Source of the DNA: Octopus bimaculoides
Taxonomy: Eukaryota
Length of the DNA stretch: 47,830 nt
Direction of reading: 5' to 3'
Assembly: GCF_001194135.2 (NCBI RefSeq)
Contig: NC_068991.1
Span: 7,915,574 to 7,963,403 of the forward strand
Shown here: piece after piece, positions 11,236 to 22,376 of the stretch
Numbering within the stretch: the first letter of the stretch is position 1
Layout: every line of letters starts with the position of its first letter
The notes under the pieces: model-generated
The model's database searches: none
Told to the model about the DNA's origin: nothing
What the model saw: only the letters and a program-made list of their open reading frames with translations
Position numbers and translations under genes: made by a program

Positions 11236-11592
11236 GATGCCAGTGCTGCCTGACTATGTGGGTGACACCAGTGCCGTCTGACTATGTGGTCGATGCTTGT
11301 GCCACCCGACTATGTGGTCAATGCCAGTGCCGCCTGACTAAATGGTTGATGCCAGTGTTGCCTGACTACGTGACCAATGCCAGTGCTGCCTGATTGGCTC
11401 CCATGCTTGTGGCACATAAAATGTACCCACTACATTTTCAGAGTGGTTGGCATTAGGAAGGGCATCCAACTGTAGAAACTCTGCCAGATCAGATTGGAGC
11501 CTGGTGCAGCCATCTGGTTTCACCAGCCCTCAAACAAATCGTCCAACCCATGCTAGTATGGAAGGCAGACGTTAAACGATGATGACGATGAT
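11236..11592 (+). mobile_element. RTE 3'-end copy (family D) headed by a 6 x 28-bp tandem array
   Basis: Unit GATGCCAGTGCTGCCTGACTATGTGGKY at 11236-11403, then GGCACATAAAATGTACCCACTAC...CCAACCCATGCTAGTATGGAAGGCAGACGTTAAACGATGATG. Confidence 0.85.
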
Positions 11593-11595
11593 GAT

Positions 11596-12013
11596 TATTA
11601 GAAAAAATAATAAGGTACTCAGAGATCTGGATGGTTGTACATTTACAGATTTTTGTCAATATGTCACATGTTTTTAGAAATCATACATTAACGCTTTCAT
11701 CTACTCTAATAGATTCTGCAGGTGCGGGTGTGGCTGTATGGTAAGAAACTTGCTTCCCAACCACATGGTTCCAGGTTCAGTCCCACTGCATGGCACCTTG
11801 GCAAGTGTCTTCTGTTATAGCCTTGGGCCAACCAAAGCCTTATGAGTGGATTTGGTAGAGGGAAACTGAAAAAAGCCAATTATATATATGAAGAATCTAT
11901 TAGAGTAGATGCAAGCGCTAACATATGATTTATTCAAACATGTGACATATTAATAAAAATCTGTAAATGTATAACCATCCTGATCTCTGAGTACCTTATT
12001 ATTTTTTCTAATA
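11596..12013. repeat. 122-bp inverted repeat (11596-11717 / 11892-12013) enclosing a SINE B head (11718-11890)
   Basis: Manual alignment gives about 111/122 identity between the left arm and the reverse complement of the right arm. Confidence 0.9.
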
Positions 12014-12525
12014 TATAATACCTGTACATCACCTTCAAACCTTCTAATATACTTATATATATNNNNNNNNNNNNNNNNNNNNNNNNNNNNNNNNNNNNNN
12101 NNNNNNNNNNNNNNNNNNNNNNNNNNNNNNNNNNNNNNNNNNNNNNNNNNNNNNNNNNNNNNNNNNNNNNNNNNNNNNNNNNNNNNNNNNNNNNNNNNNN
12201 NNNNNNNNNNNNNNNNNNNNNNNNNNNNNNNNNNNNNNNNNNNNNNNNNNNNNNNNNNNNNNNNNNNNNNNNNNNNNNNNNNNNNNNNNNNNNNNNNNNN
12301 NNNNNNNNNNNNNNNNNNNNNNNNNNNNNNNNNNNNNNNNNNNNNNNNNNNNNNNNNNNNNNNNNNNNNNNNNNNNNNNNNNNNNNNNNNNNNNNNNNNN
12401 NNNNNNNNNNNNNNNNNNNNNNNNNNNNNNNNNNNNNNNNNNNNNNNNNNNNNNNNNNNNNNNNNNNNNNNNNNNNNNNNNNNNNNNNNNNNNNNNNNNN
12501 NNNNNNNNNNNNNNNNNNNNNNNNN

Positions 12526-12567
<42 letters not shown>

Positions 12568-12735
12568 CATTGATTCCAGGATTCGTAGTTACTGATTAAA
12601 GCTGTATGCGTGCATTTGTTTGAGTGTGCATGTGTGAAGGGGAGAGAGTGAGAGAGAGAGAGAAAGAAAGAGTAACTGTGTCTGCATAAGCCAGATAAAC
12701 AGTGTATCTTCAATATCTTCCCTTATCCTATACCA

Positions 12736-12794
<59 letters not shown>

Positions 12795-13097
12795 ATAGTA
12801 GGGTCAGGACTGTTGCCCATAATGATTGTGATGATAACGTTACTGGCAAATATTTTTTCTGAATTATTCTGATAGGGCAGATGGTGGAGGTGGTTGGGGT
12901 GGTGGAGGTGGTGGAGGTGCTAGTGGTGTTGGTGTTGGTGCTGCTGTTTGTGGTGCTGTTGGCTGAGGTGGCAGTCACATCCTCTGATTAGTTCTAAGAT
13001 ATTGGGGATGGTCTCTATTCTCAGATGGAATTTGCACTCTATATCCAACTATTTTAAACTTGTCTTTAAATAACTTTAAATGATATCTGCATCTCAC

Positions 13098-13130
13098 GTA
13101 ATTACATCATGTACGAACCATTTCATCCAT
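13098..13130 (-). CDS. Candidate 33-nt exon (xWMKWFVHDVIT)
   Basis: tttttccttctgtgtgtgcttttag| ... TAC|gtgaga; open only in phase 2-2. Confidence 0.25.
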
Positions 13131-13249
13131 CTAAAAGCACACACAGAAGGAAAAATCTTTATTTATTTATTGAAATGCCAGACTTTTTGTTATGTGATTG
13201 CTGCAACCTGGTCACTGACACCGTTCTACTACAACTGTTTGAAATTTAG

Positions 13250-13418
13250 TTGTGCCACATAAAAAGTACCCAGTGCACTCGGCGCAGGGTGGTTGGTGTT
13301 AGGAAGGGTATCCAGCCATAAGCACCATGCCAAAACAGACACAGAAGTCTGGTGCAGACTTTGGCCTGGCTGGTTCCTGTCCACTTTGCCAGCATGGAAA
13401 GTGGACGTGAAATAATAA
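13250..13418 (+). mobile_element. RTE 3'-end copy (family D variant)
   Basis: GTGCCACATAAAAAGTACCCAGT...GTTGGTGTTAGGAAGGGTATCCAGCC...GCCAGCATGGAAAGTGGACGTGAAAT. Confidence 0.75.
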
Positions 13419-13695
13419 CGAAGCACCTTCTGGAGTATTCCAGTGCTCCACCCCCATTGCAGCCCCTATTTGTTCCATGTACTTCTCGAGATTTTTGCTC
13501 ACTGTTCCCAGGGCTCTGACAATTATTGCTACTACTGCTACCTCTTTCATTGACCACAACTGCTTTACCTCCCAAGCTAACCTGTCACATCTCTCCACTT
13601 TTCTTTCTTCCTTATCGCATACCTTGTTGTCAGCTGGGCATGCTATATTTACGATCCAGCATAGTTTGTTTTCTTTCTCAATTATTTTTATTCTC
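13419..13695 (-). mobile_element. R4/Dong-clade non-LTR fragment, restriction-like endonuclease (RLE) region
   Basis: IIEKENKLCWIVNIACPADNKVCDKEERKVERCDRLAWEVKQLWSMKEVAVVAIIVRALGTVSKNL matches the D-x-A-C-P / EKxxKY / P-I-I-V-G-A-L-G RLE C-terminal pattern. Confidence 0.85.
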
Positions 13696-13696
13696 A

Positions 13697-13748
<52 letters not shown>

Positions 13749-14276
13749 GTAGTAGTAGTAGTAGTAGTAGTAATATAGTTTTTAAAATTTTCTTTTGCTT
13801 TTTTTTAGTTGGATACAGTTAAGCTCATGCCAAAATACCAGGCTCCTTTCATTCCAGCCATCTTTGAGCGAGAGTTTAGAATTTCTTGTCTGGTGTTGAT
13901 CCCCATGTTTAAGCTGCAGAAAGGTTAAAAAATATACTCTCAGGGTCCTTACGAAAAGGCTCTGAAGCTAGTATTCCATCCAGAACATTATTCAGCAAAT
14001 AAAAGGGAGTAGAAGAGAAAATATTTGATGTCCATCCCTCCTTTCAACTAATTCGTAAGCAATGCAAGACATTTGGCAGATGTGGAATGAAGGCTGCTAA
14101 CATCCAGGCTTCAGGGTGGTGGTGGTGGTGGTGGTGGTGGGGAGAGTGAATGTTTTTCTTTTTAATCAGGGTAACCCTTCTGATAGGGTTGGGATGTGAA
14201 GTTGTTTGCTCCCATAAAGATAAGATGCCTTTCTTACATTTATCCCTTCCCCCTGCAGCCACCCACCCCCGACACC

Positions 14277-14312
<36 letters not shown>

Positions 14313-14707
14313 TCTCACGCACACACACAGATGCCTATACACACACATGCTCATATGCACACATAAACATGTCTCCATGAACACACAAGCCCACACACAA
14401 ACACATTCTTATATACATACATACATACATACATACATACATACATACATACACAGGCAGGCATGTATACACACCTGAATAAATGTATAAAGATACTTGC
14501 ATATATATGTCAATACGAATATATGCTCATTTCTATATGTGTATGTCTGTGTGCGTGTTTTTATGTGCATGTTTGTATGAGTTTGTGTGTGTAACTGTAT
14601 GTATGTATATGCATACATACACACATACATATACTACACGCTTCACACACTGAGAAACTCTTCCCACCCTAAATAACACTATAAAGACGTGTGTGCATAT
14701 GTATTGC

Positions 14708-14754
<47 letters not shown>

Positions 14755-15272
14755 NNNNNNNNNNNNNNNNNNNNNNNNNNNNNNNNNNNNNNNNNNNNNN
14801 NNNNNNNNNNNNNNNNNNNNNNNNNNNNNNNNNNNNNNNNNNNNNNNNNNNNNNNNNNNNNNNNNNNNNNNNNNNNNNNNNNNNNNNNNNNNNNNNNNNN
14901 NNNNNNNNNNNNNNNNNNNNNNNNNNNNNNNNNNNNNNNTATATATGAATGTCTGTGTGTATGTATGTGCATGTGTGTAAGTATGTGTATGTTTATAAAG
15001 AAGAAGGGAGAGGAAAGGGAGGGAGGGAGAGAGGGAGGGAGAGAGGGAAAGAATGGAGAAGCTGGAAAAAGAATTTCAATTTTATCTTTTGTGTATTTAA
15101 AAAAAAAAAAAAGAAAGAAAAAAAAAGAAAAGCATTTCTTTCTTCAAGGCAGACTAACTTGAACTTGTGGCTAACTCCATTAGTCATAAGTCTGTGTCTC
15201 TGTGACCAGAAAGATATTTACTTCATTTAAATTCACATCAGCTAACTTTCAACTGTGTTAAGGCTGCCTTAC

Positions 15273-17228
15273 ACTGATGTTATTTATCTGTATGTGCCAG
15301 CCTGCACACAGATATAGTAATAATTATGATAATGATTTCTGTCTTGGGTTCAAGGCTCTGAGATTTTAGTGAGTGGGACATGGTTGGTTTAAACAAGCCT
15401 AGAACCACTCGAATGCTAGACTGCTAGTTATCTTATCGACCTCTGAAGGAGGAAAAGCGAAACTGCCGCCACCGAAACTTTGAACTTAAATTGTAAAAGG
15501 AAATAACAACAAAAACAATATTAATAATGATCCTTTCTACTAAAGGCACAAGGCCTGAAATTTTGCGGAAGGTGGGGATGCTAGTCGGTTACATCAACCG
15601 CAGTGCGAAACTGGTGCTTATTTCCTGAAAGAATCAAAGGCAAAGTCGACCTTGGTGGAATTTAAATTCAGAATGTAAAGACAGACAAAATGCCGCTAAG
15701 AATTTTTCCTGGCATGCTAATGTTTCTTATTTCTTTATTGCCCACAAGGGGCTAAACATAGAGGGGACAAACAAGGACAGACAAAAGGATTAAGTCGATT
15801 ACATTGACCCAGTTCGTAACTGGTACTTAATTTTATCGATCCCCGAAAGGATGAAAGGCAAAGTCGACCTCGATGGAATTTGAACTCAGAACGTAACGGC
15901 AGATGAAATACCGCTAAGCATTTTAACAGGCGCGCTAATGTTTCTGCCAGCTCACCACCCTGATGATGATGGTATTGATGATGTTGGTGTTGGTGATGCT
16001 GGTAGTGATGGTGATGGTGACAATGATGGTGTTGTTGGTGATGGTGGTGGTGGTGGTGGAGATGGTGCTGGATTGGTGGTGATGGTGGCGTCAGTGATGG
16101 TGATGATGATGATGATAATGGTGGTGGTAATTGTGGTTGTATTAATGGTGGTATGGGTGATAGTGGTGTTGATGGTGGTGGTGGTGGTGGTGGTGAGGTA
16201 ATGGCAATGACGGTGGTATTGCTGATAGTGGTGATTGTGAGGGTGGTGTGGGTCATGGTGGTGTAGGTGATGGTGCCGATGTTGGTGATGATGGCGGTGG
16301 TGTTGGTATTCATTGTGATATCAGTGATGGCGGTGTCGATAAGGATGATGATGATGATGATGATGGTGATGGTGACGATGGTGGTGTGATATCAGTTCTT
16401 TAATTAGCCAATGATATTTACACAAAATAAATCAAAATAAATCAAATATGCTAATTAAATTTTTCAACAGCTTATCACCATTTTTACAGTTTGTTAGTTA
16501 CAACAATTTAATTGAAATACTAAATTCAGTTTCTGTCATAAAAATATTTTTAACAAACAAAATATTTTCACGCATTTTCTTTCCCATATAAGCTATAAAT
16601 TCAGATAATGATATTTGATTTCCAGCCAAGTAAAAAAAGACCGCAAGTTAATCATCTCAACATTATCTTCTCATCTATATTCCGAGGATATCTACATCAA
16701 TCTACAGACACATCTTATTCTTTCAAGCATGGAACTTATGGTCTGGAGATAAACTTTTCTATAAATAGTCTCTGATAGCATTGGTTCAATATATCGAGAG
16801 ACAAATGTTGGAAAAAACAAAAAAAAATACACGAAATGAAAAAAGACTCAATCTCTTATTTACTCACCATTCTGACTCTTTCTACAAGCAAAAAAAAAAA
16901 GAAAACAAGTAAAAAGAGAAAAATATCATAATATAAAATATAAATAATGGAAGTAAAGAGGTTTTAACATTCAGTAAACTTTCCGCATGTAAAAAAAAAC
17001 CAAACAAACAAACAAACAAGAAGACTTTCAGCCACCAATCACAATAATATCAACAAGGATGGTTGGATATAACCAGTTATTATTATTTTTATTTATTATG
17101 CCAACATGGAAAACGGATGTTAAATGATGATGATGATGATTATATACATTAGGAATAACACTGGCTTCAGGGTGTTTTTCTTCTAGCTTATGTAACATAT
17201 ATACATACACACGCACATCTATCTATCC

Positions 17229-17276
<48 letters not shown>

Positions 17277-17428
17277 CTTTCTCTCTATCTCTATTTATCC
17301 ATCTACCCATCTCTCTCTTTCTCTCTCTCTGTCTGTCTATCTCTCTCTCTCTCTCCCTCTATCTATCTATCTATCTATCTATTCATCTATCTCTCTCTTC
17401 CTCTCTCTCTTCCTCTCTCTCTCTCTCC

Positions 17429-17488
<60 letters not shown>

Positions 17489-17867
17489 TTATGCACACAC
17501 TCACACACACACACACACACACACACACTTCTAACTATCTATCTACCTAATCTCGATGCCATGTGGGATTCTCGAGATTATGTAAAATGCACTTGTGCCA
17601 GTACCACACAGTACCACACAGAGTGCCAGTACCACAACTCGTGCAGGTGGTGCATAAATGCACCTGTACAGGTGGCACATTTAAAAGCACCCAGCACATT
17701 CTGTAAAGTGGTTGGCTTTAAGAAGAGCATGCAGCCATAGAAACCACGCCAAAACAGACAATTGGAGTCTGGACAGCTCCACAGCTGACCGACTCCTATC
17801 AAACTCTCTGACCCATGTCAGCATGGAAAACAGATGTTAAAATGATGATGATGGTAATGATGATGAC

Positions 17868-17901
<34 letters not shown>

Positions 17902-20900
17902 GACGATGAAAATTATAATAAGATGTTTTAAGTATTGAATAACTATGTGGGGGGGGGGGGCAGCAGAGTAAAATAGTTGTGTTGTACACGTGTTTCAATA
18001 ATGGACACATTATCAGACAATAAATAGCCATCAGTCTTTCAGCATTATGGAAATATGTGTACAATAATAATTTAAATAAGTCTTCTTCAGTATTATATCA
18101 TTCAATGGATTTTCTTTTCAATGTATATTGATTAATTAAGTAGAGAGATTTTCTCATAAATCACATCTTTTTTTTACATTGAGTTGCTAAATTATGGAAA
18201 TCTGTTTGTGTATTAAAAAACATTGTTATAAATTCTTTCATTAAAAGTGTTCTCTACACATATACACACATAAACATACATACATACACGCATACACACA
18301 CACATACATACACACATAAACATACATACATACACGCATACACACACACATACATACACACATACATGCACACATACATACACACATACAAGCATTTTTA
18401 AAAGTTTAGGAAGGGCATCCAGCCATAAAATCTCTGCCAAAACAGACACAGTAGCCTGGGGTAGTTTTTCTACTTGGCCAGCTTCTGTCAAGCATCCTAC
18501 CCATGCATGGCAGATGAATGTTCAACAACGATGATGATTATGATGTGTGCATGTGTGTGCCTGCATGCACGTGTGTGTGTGTATATTTCTCTTTCGGATG
18601 AAGGGATGGCCCTGAAAGTTCACACAGATGGCATACAAATTTGAGAAAAATTTCTGAATTTCGCATGATAATTTTTGTTACTGATGCAGACCATTACGTA
18701 TTACTTTGGATTCTAGTTTTTTTTTGTGTGTGCCTTGTATGTTGCATATTTAGTAGTCACACAAGAAATGGGAAAGACTAAATAGAAAAGAAAATATATC
18801 AAATAAAAATTAAAATAATAATTTAAGAATCCTGACCAGGAACCATTTTATTTATTTATCCATTCATCTATTTATTTATCTATTTATTTATTTATTTATT
18901 AGTGCTGATGTTTTACGGTTAAAACTTGGTGATAGCATTCTGTAGTAGTTCCATAGTGAAAAAAAATAGTATGTTGCTAGTCTTAGTTTAAGACATTTTA
19001 GGAAAGGAAGCAAATGGGTGAGATTTCTTGCAAGATAACTCTAAAAGCAGACTTATGTATCAACCCCACAGTCACACACCCCACCAGTCTACACAGACAC
19101 ATACACACACATGCACATACATACATACGTACACACATATACACATATACATGTGTATCCACACATACACGCACGCACACACACATGCACATGGGCACAT
19201 ACACACTTAGTTGACAGCAGATCCCATTTGAAGATTTTGAGTTTTGATAAACATTTTTCGTCACAAACTCGCAAACTTAGAAAGCAGAATGGGAGGCCAA
19301 AAAGAATAAATAAATGAATTAAACAGAGTTTCACACACACACACACACATGCACACACACACACANNNNNNNNNNCACATGCACACACACACACACACAC
19401 ATACACACACATACACATAAACACACATACACACACATGCATGTGCGCACACACACAATCCAAAGAGTTACACAATCCAAACTAATTAGTAAGTGACTTT
19501 ACTATAGTAGAGATGTGTGTGTGTGTATGTATGTATGTGTGTGTGCGTGTATGTATGCATGTGTGTGTGCATGTGTCATTGTGCATGTGTGTGCATTTGT
19601 GTGTGTTTGAGTGTGTGCATATGTGCATGTGTGAGTGCGCTTGCGTGTGTGCGTGTATGTATGTGTGTGCGCTTGTGTGTGTGTGTGTGTGTGCATGTGT
19701 GTGTTTGTATATGTATATGTGTGTGCGTGTGTGTGTGCATGTGTGCGTGCGTGTGTGTGTGCGTGTGTGCGCGTGTGTGTGCGTGCGTGTGTGTGTGTGC
19801 GTGTGTGTGTGTGTGTGTATTGTGGTGACCGTTTTGGGTGAACTGGTTGTTAACATGTTTTTAGAAAATGAGAGCCATTTGTTCACTTTTTGCAAGAAGC
19901 TGTCGTAGCACCATTGACATCATAACTTTGAAAAGTTATGATGTTAACGATGCTTCATAGTTTAATGACTTGATCCACCCATGCTGTGGAAATTCAGTTG
20001 GCCTTTTAATGTTTTGAAGTGACAGTTAATCACTTCCAGCAATGATTATTGTGAATTTTACCAGCCTTTCGCAAGCATTTTTTATCCTGTCAGTAAAAGT
20101 TAATAGGCTTTCAATGGCCTATGTCGGCATGATTTTGGTTGGAAATATCTTAGAAAGAGACTTCATGGAAATGTTTCTATATATTTCTTAGCACAATATG
20201 TCAACATGAATCTCTTTTTTGCTGTTTATCATCTAAATATCGATTCCAGTTTTTATGGTGCCAAGTAATCAAGGTATTTCTTTAAACTTTCATATCCTCA
20301 TCATCATCATTGTCGTTTAACATCTGCTTTCCATGCTAGCGTGGGTTGGACGATTTGACTGAGGACTGGTGAACCAGATGGCTACACCAGGCTCCAATCT
20401 GATTTGACAGAGTTTCTACAGCTGGAGACCCTTCCTAACGCCAACCACTCAGAGAGTGTAGTGGGTGCTTTTTACGTGCCACCGGCACAAAAGCCAGTCA
20501 AGTAGTACTGGCAAATGGTGTATTTTATGTGCCACTTGCACAGTCCAGCGGCACTGGCAATGATCTCGCTCGAACGACTTTTCACATGCCACCGGCACAA
20601 GTGCCAGGAAGGCGACACTGGTAACGATCACGCTCGAACGGTGCTCTTAGCGCTCCACTGGTACAGGTGCCATCACGATTTCGCTTTCGCTTTCATATGA
20701 TGTGTTTAATTGTGTGGCTCAATGTGAACTATCAAATCTTCCTCAAATATTTTGCAGTCTCAAACACAAAAATTATATTCAAAAGACTGTGGATGATATA
20801 CACCGAATCTGCAACCAAGATTCAAAATCTTGGTTTTCGTGCTTCAGTCCATTGTTCTTGGAATTTGTACTCAGAATTTATTTGTGTACCCTATCAACTT

Positions 20901-21530
20901 TATCACCATAAGTCCTGGGGTTGATTTGTTCGACTAAAGCCGGTGCTCCAGCATGGCTACAGTCAAATGACTGAAACAGATAATAAAAAAATAGAAGAAT
21001 ACCATTTTATTAAAGCTGAAAAAACAAAGAAAAAGAAGAAAAAGAAGAAGAATGATAATGACAACAACGATGATGATAATGATGATGATGATGATGAGGT
21101 TGATGATGATGATGAGGGTGGTGGGCGTAATGTTGATGTTGATGATGACAACGATGAGGATGATGGTGATTATGATGATGATGATGATGAAATATGTATG
21201 TATGAGTGTATGTTTGCTCGCTTGCATCTATAAGTGTGTGTATGCATATGTATGTAAGTTTGTGCATGTATATATATATGCTTGTATATGCATGTATATG
21301 TATGTGTATGTATGTATGTTTGCGTAAGCATATGTATGTATGTGTGTATCTAGGTATCCATGTTTGCATGCTTTCGTGTCTCTTTGTCTTGATATCAACG
21401 TGTTCGTTACTAACGAAGGTTACTGTCATACAATCGGTGTCATTAATTTGCAATCTTCTGTGAAATCATATCAGTTCATGTTTGAAGGACGAGAAAAAAA
21501 AATATCAATTTACCTGTAAACAGGTGAGGG
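15273..21530 (-). CDS. Candidate chain of seven micro-exons (17,13,25,11,17,14,29 nt) of an unidentified gene
   Basis: Exons 21514-21530, 21003-21015, 20062-20086, 19265-19275, 18762-18778, 16868-16881, 15273-15301 all have AG/GT ends and splice to an open 42-codon frame. Hand-selected, no homology recognised. Confidence 0.3.
15527..15960 (-). mobile_element. Two head-to-tail SINE C copies with different tails
   Basis: 15725-15960 ends GCCCCTTGTGGGCAATAAAGAAATAAGAAA; 15527-15724 starts GAAACATTAGCATGCCAGG and ends GGCCTTGTGCCTTTAGTAGAAAGGATC. Confidence 0.85.
15961..16390. repeat. Imperfect (GGT/GAT)n tract
   Basis: Directly visible. Confidence 0.9.
17216..17545. repeat. (ATCT)n/(CT)n/(CA)n microsatellite
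   Basis: Directly visible. Confidence 0.95.
17590..17860 (+). mobile_element. RTE 3'-end copy (family D variant)
   Basis: CAGGTGGCACATTTAAAAGCACCC...GACCCATGTCAGCATGGAAAACAGATGTTAAAATGATG. Confidence 0.75.
18395..18545 (+). mobile_element. RTE 3'-end copy (family D, short)
   Basis: TTAGGAAGGGCATCCAGCCATAAAATCTCTGCCAAAAC...CCCATGCATGGCAGATGAATGTTCAACAACGATGATG. Confidence 0.7.
19330..19820. repeat. (CA)n and (TG)n imperfect tracts
   Basis: Directly visible. Confidence 0.95.
20307..20698 (-). mobile_element. RTE 3'-end copy (family D) with longer 3'UTR
   Basis: Well-conserved tail plus ATCACGCTCGAACGGTGC / GTGCCACCGGCAC modules also seen at 43001-43210. Confidence 0.85.
20905..20980 (+). 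mobile_element. SINE B tail fragment
   Basis: ATAAGTCCTGGGGTTGATTTGTTCGACTAAAGCCGGTGCTCCAGCATGGCTACAGTCAAATGACTGAAACA. Confidence 0.8.
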
Positions 21531-21727
21531 CTAGAGACAGGAGGAGCATTGGGGCTCAGGAAGTCCGCCTAAATGGATTTTGTTAGACTAAGGTAAATAT
21601 AGAAAAGCGGATGTTAAAATGGTGATGATGATGATGATGCATACACATGCATGAACACGCACATGCATGTACTGACATCTGTGCACACATGCACTTGCGC
21701 ATGTGCATGTATGCACACACAAATATA

Positions 21728-22055
21728 TCTTCATTTTTTTAGCTTTCACTTGTTTCAGTTTTTGGACTGTGGCCATGCTGGGGCACTACCTTGTAGAATT
21801 TTAGCCGAATGATTTGACCCCAGTACTGATAATCATTCTATCTGTCCCCATTTGCTGAACTGCTTAGTTACAGGTATGTAAAATCATCAACACTCACACA
21901 CACATACACAAACACACAAATGACTGAAACAAGTAAAAGAGTAAAGAGTAAAAGAGAGACGGGGGGGCAATTTGTACACCTAAACCATGGGAAGGTCATG
22001 CCCCAGCATGGCTGCAGTCCAATGACTAAAACGAGTTACAAGATCAAACAGAAAA
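21728..22055. mobile_element. Oppositely oriented SINE B tail fragments
   Basis: Minus copy 21728-21900; plus pieces 21915-21960 and 21990-22055. Confidence 0.75.
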
Positions 22056-22289
22056 AGAAAATAAGCAAGAGAAAAAAATATGAATGTGCGGAGTAAAATA
22101 CTTTTGACTTTTTAAAAATATAGCAATTTGTTTTTTAGAAAAAATATTAAATTATTAAAATTTTGTTTTTGTTGAGAGACTAAAAACACAAAAAAATGAA
22201 AATGGAATTTAAAAAAAAAATTATTAAATAAATTGGAAATATTTCAGAATGAACCCATTTGAAACAAATAACAATATTACTGTTATTAT

Positions 22290-22376
22290 AGGCACATGTG
22301 TGGCTGTGTGGTAAGAAGCTTGCTTCCCAAGCACATGGTGTTTTGGGTTCAGCCCCATTGTGTGGCACCTTGGGCA
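22290..22376 (+). mobile_element. SINE B head fragment
   Basis: GGCACATGTGTGGCTGTGTGGTAAGAAGCTTGCTTCCCAAGCACATGG...GGGTTCAGCCCCATTGTGTGGCACCTTGGGCA. Confidence 0.8.

Noticed and set aside
11236-11403. 28-bp repeats superficially like a CRISPR array
   Set aside because: Units are contiguous with no unique spacers, there are no cas genes, the context is eukaryotic, and the unit derives from a LINE 3'UTR.
12670-12735. IREDIEDTLFIWL resembling a CENP-B/Tigger helix
   Set aside because: Too short, embedded between microsatellites, with no flanking homology.
13840-14055. Protein-like readings on both strands (e.g. GPYEKALKLVFHPEHY; LNMGINTRQEILNSRSK)
   Set aside because: Conflicting strands, in-frame stops or a 39-nt intron are needed, and no family is recognised.
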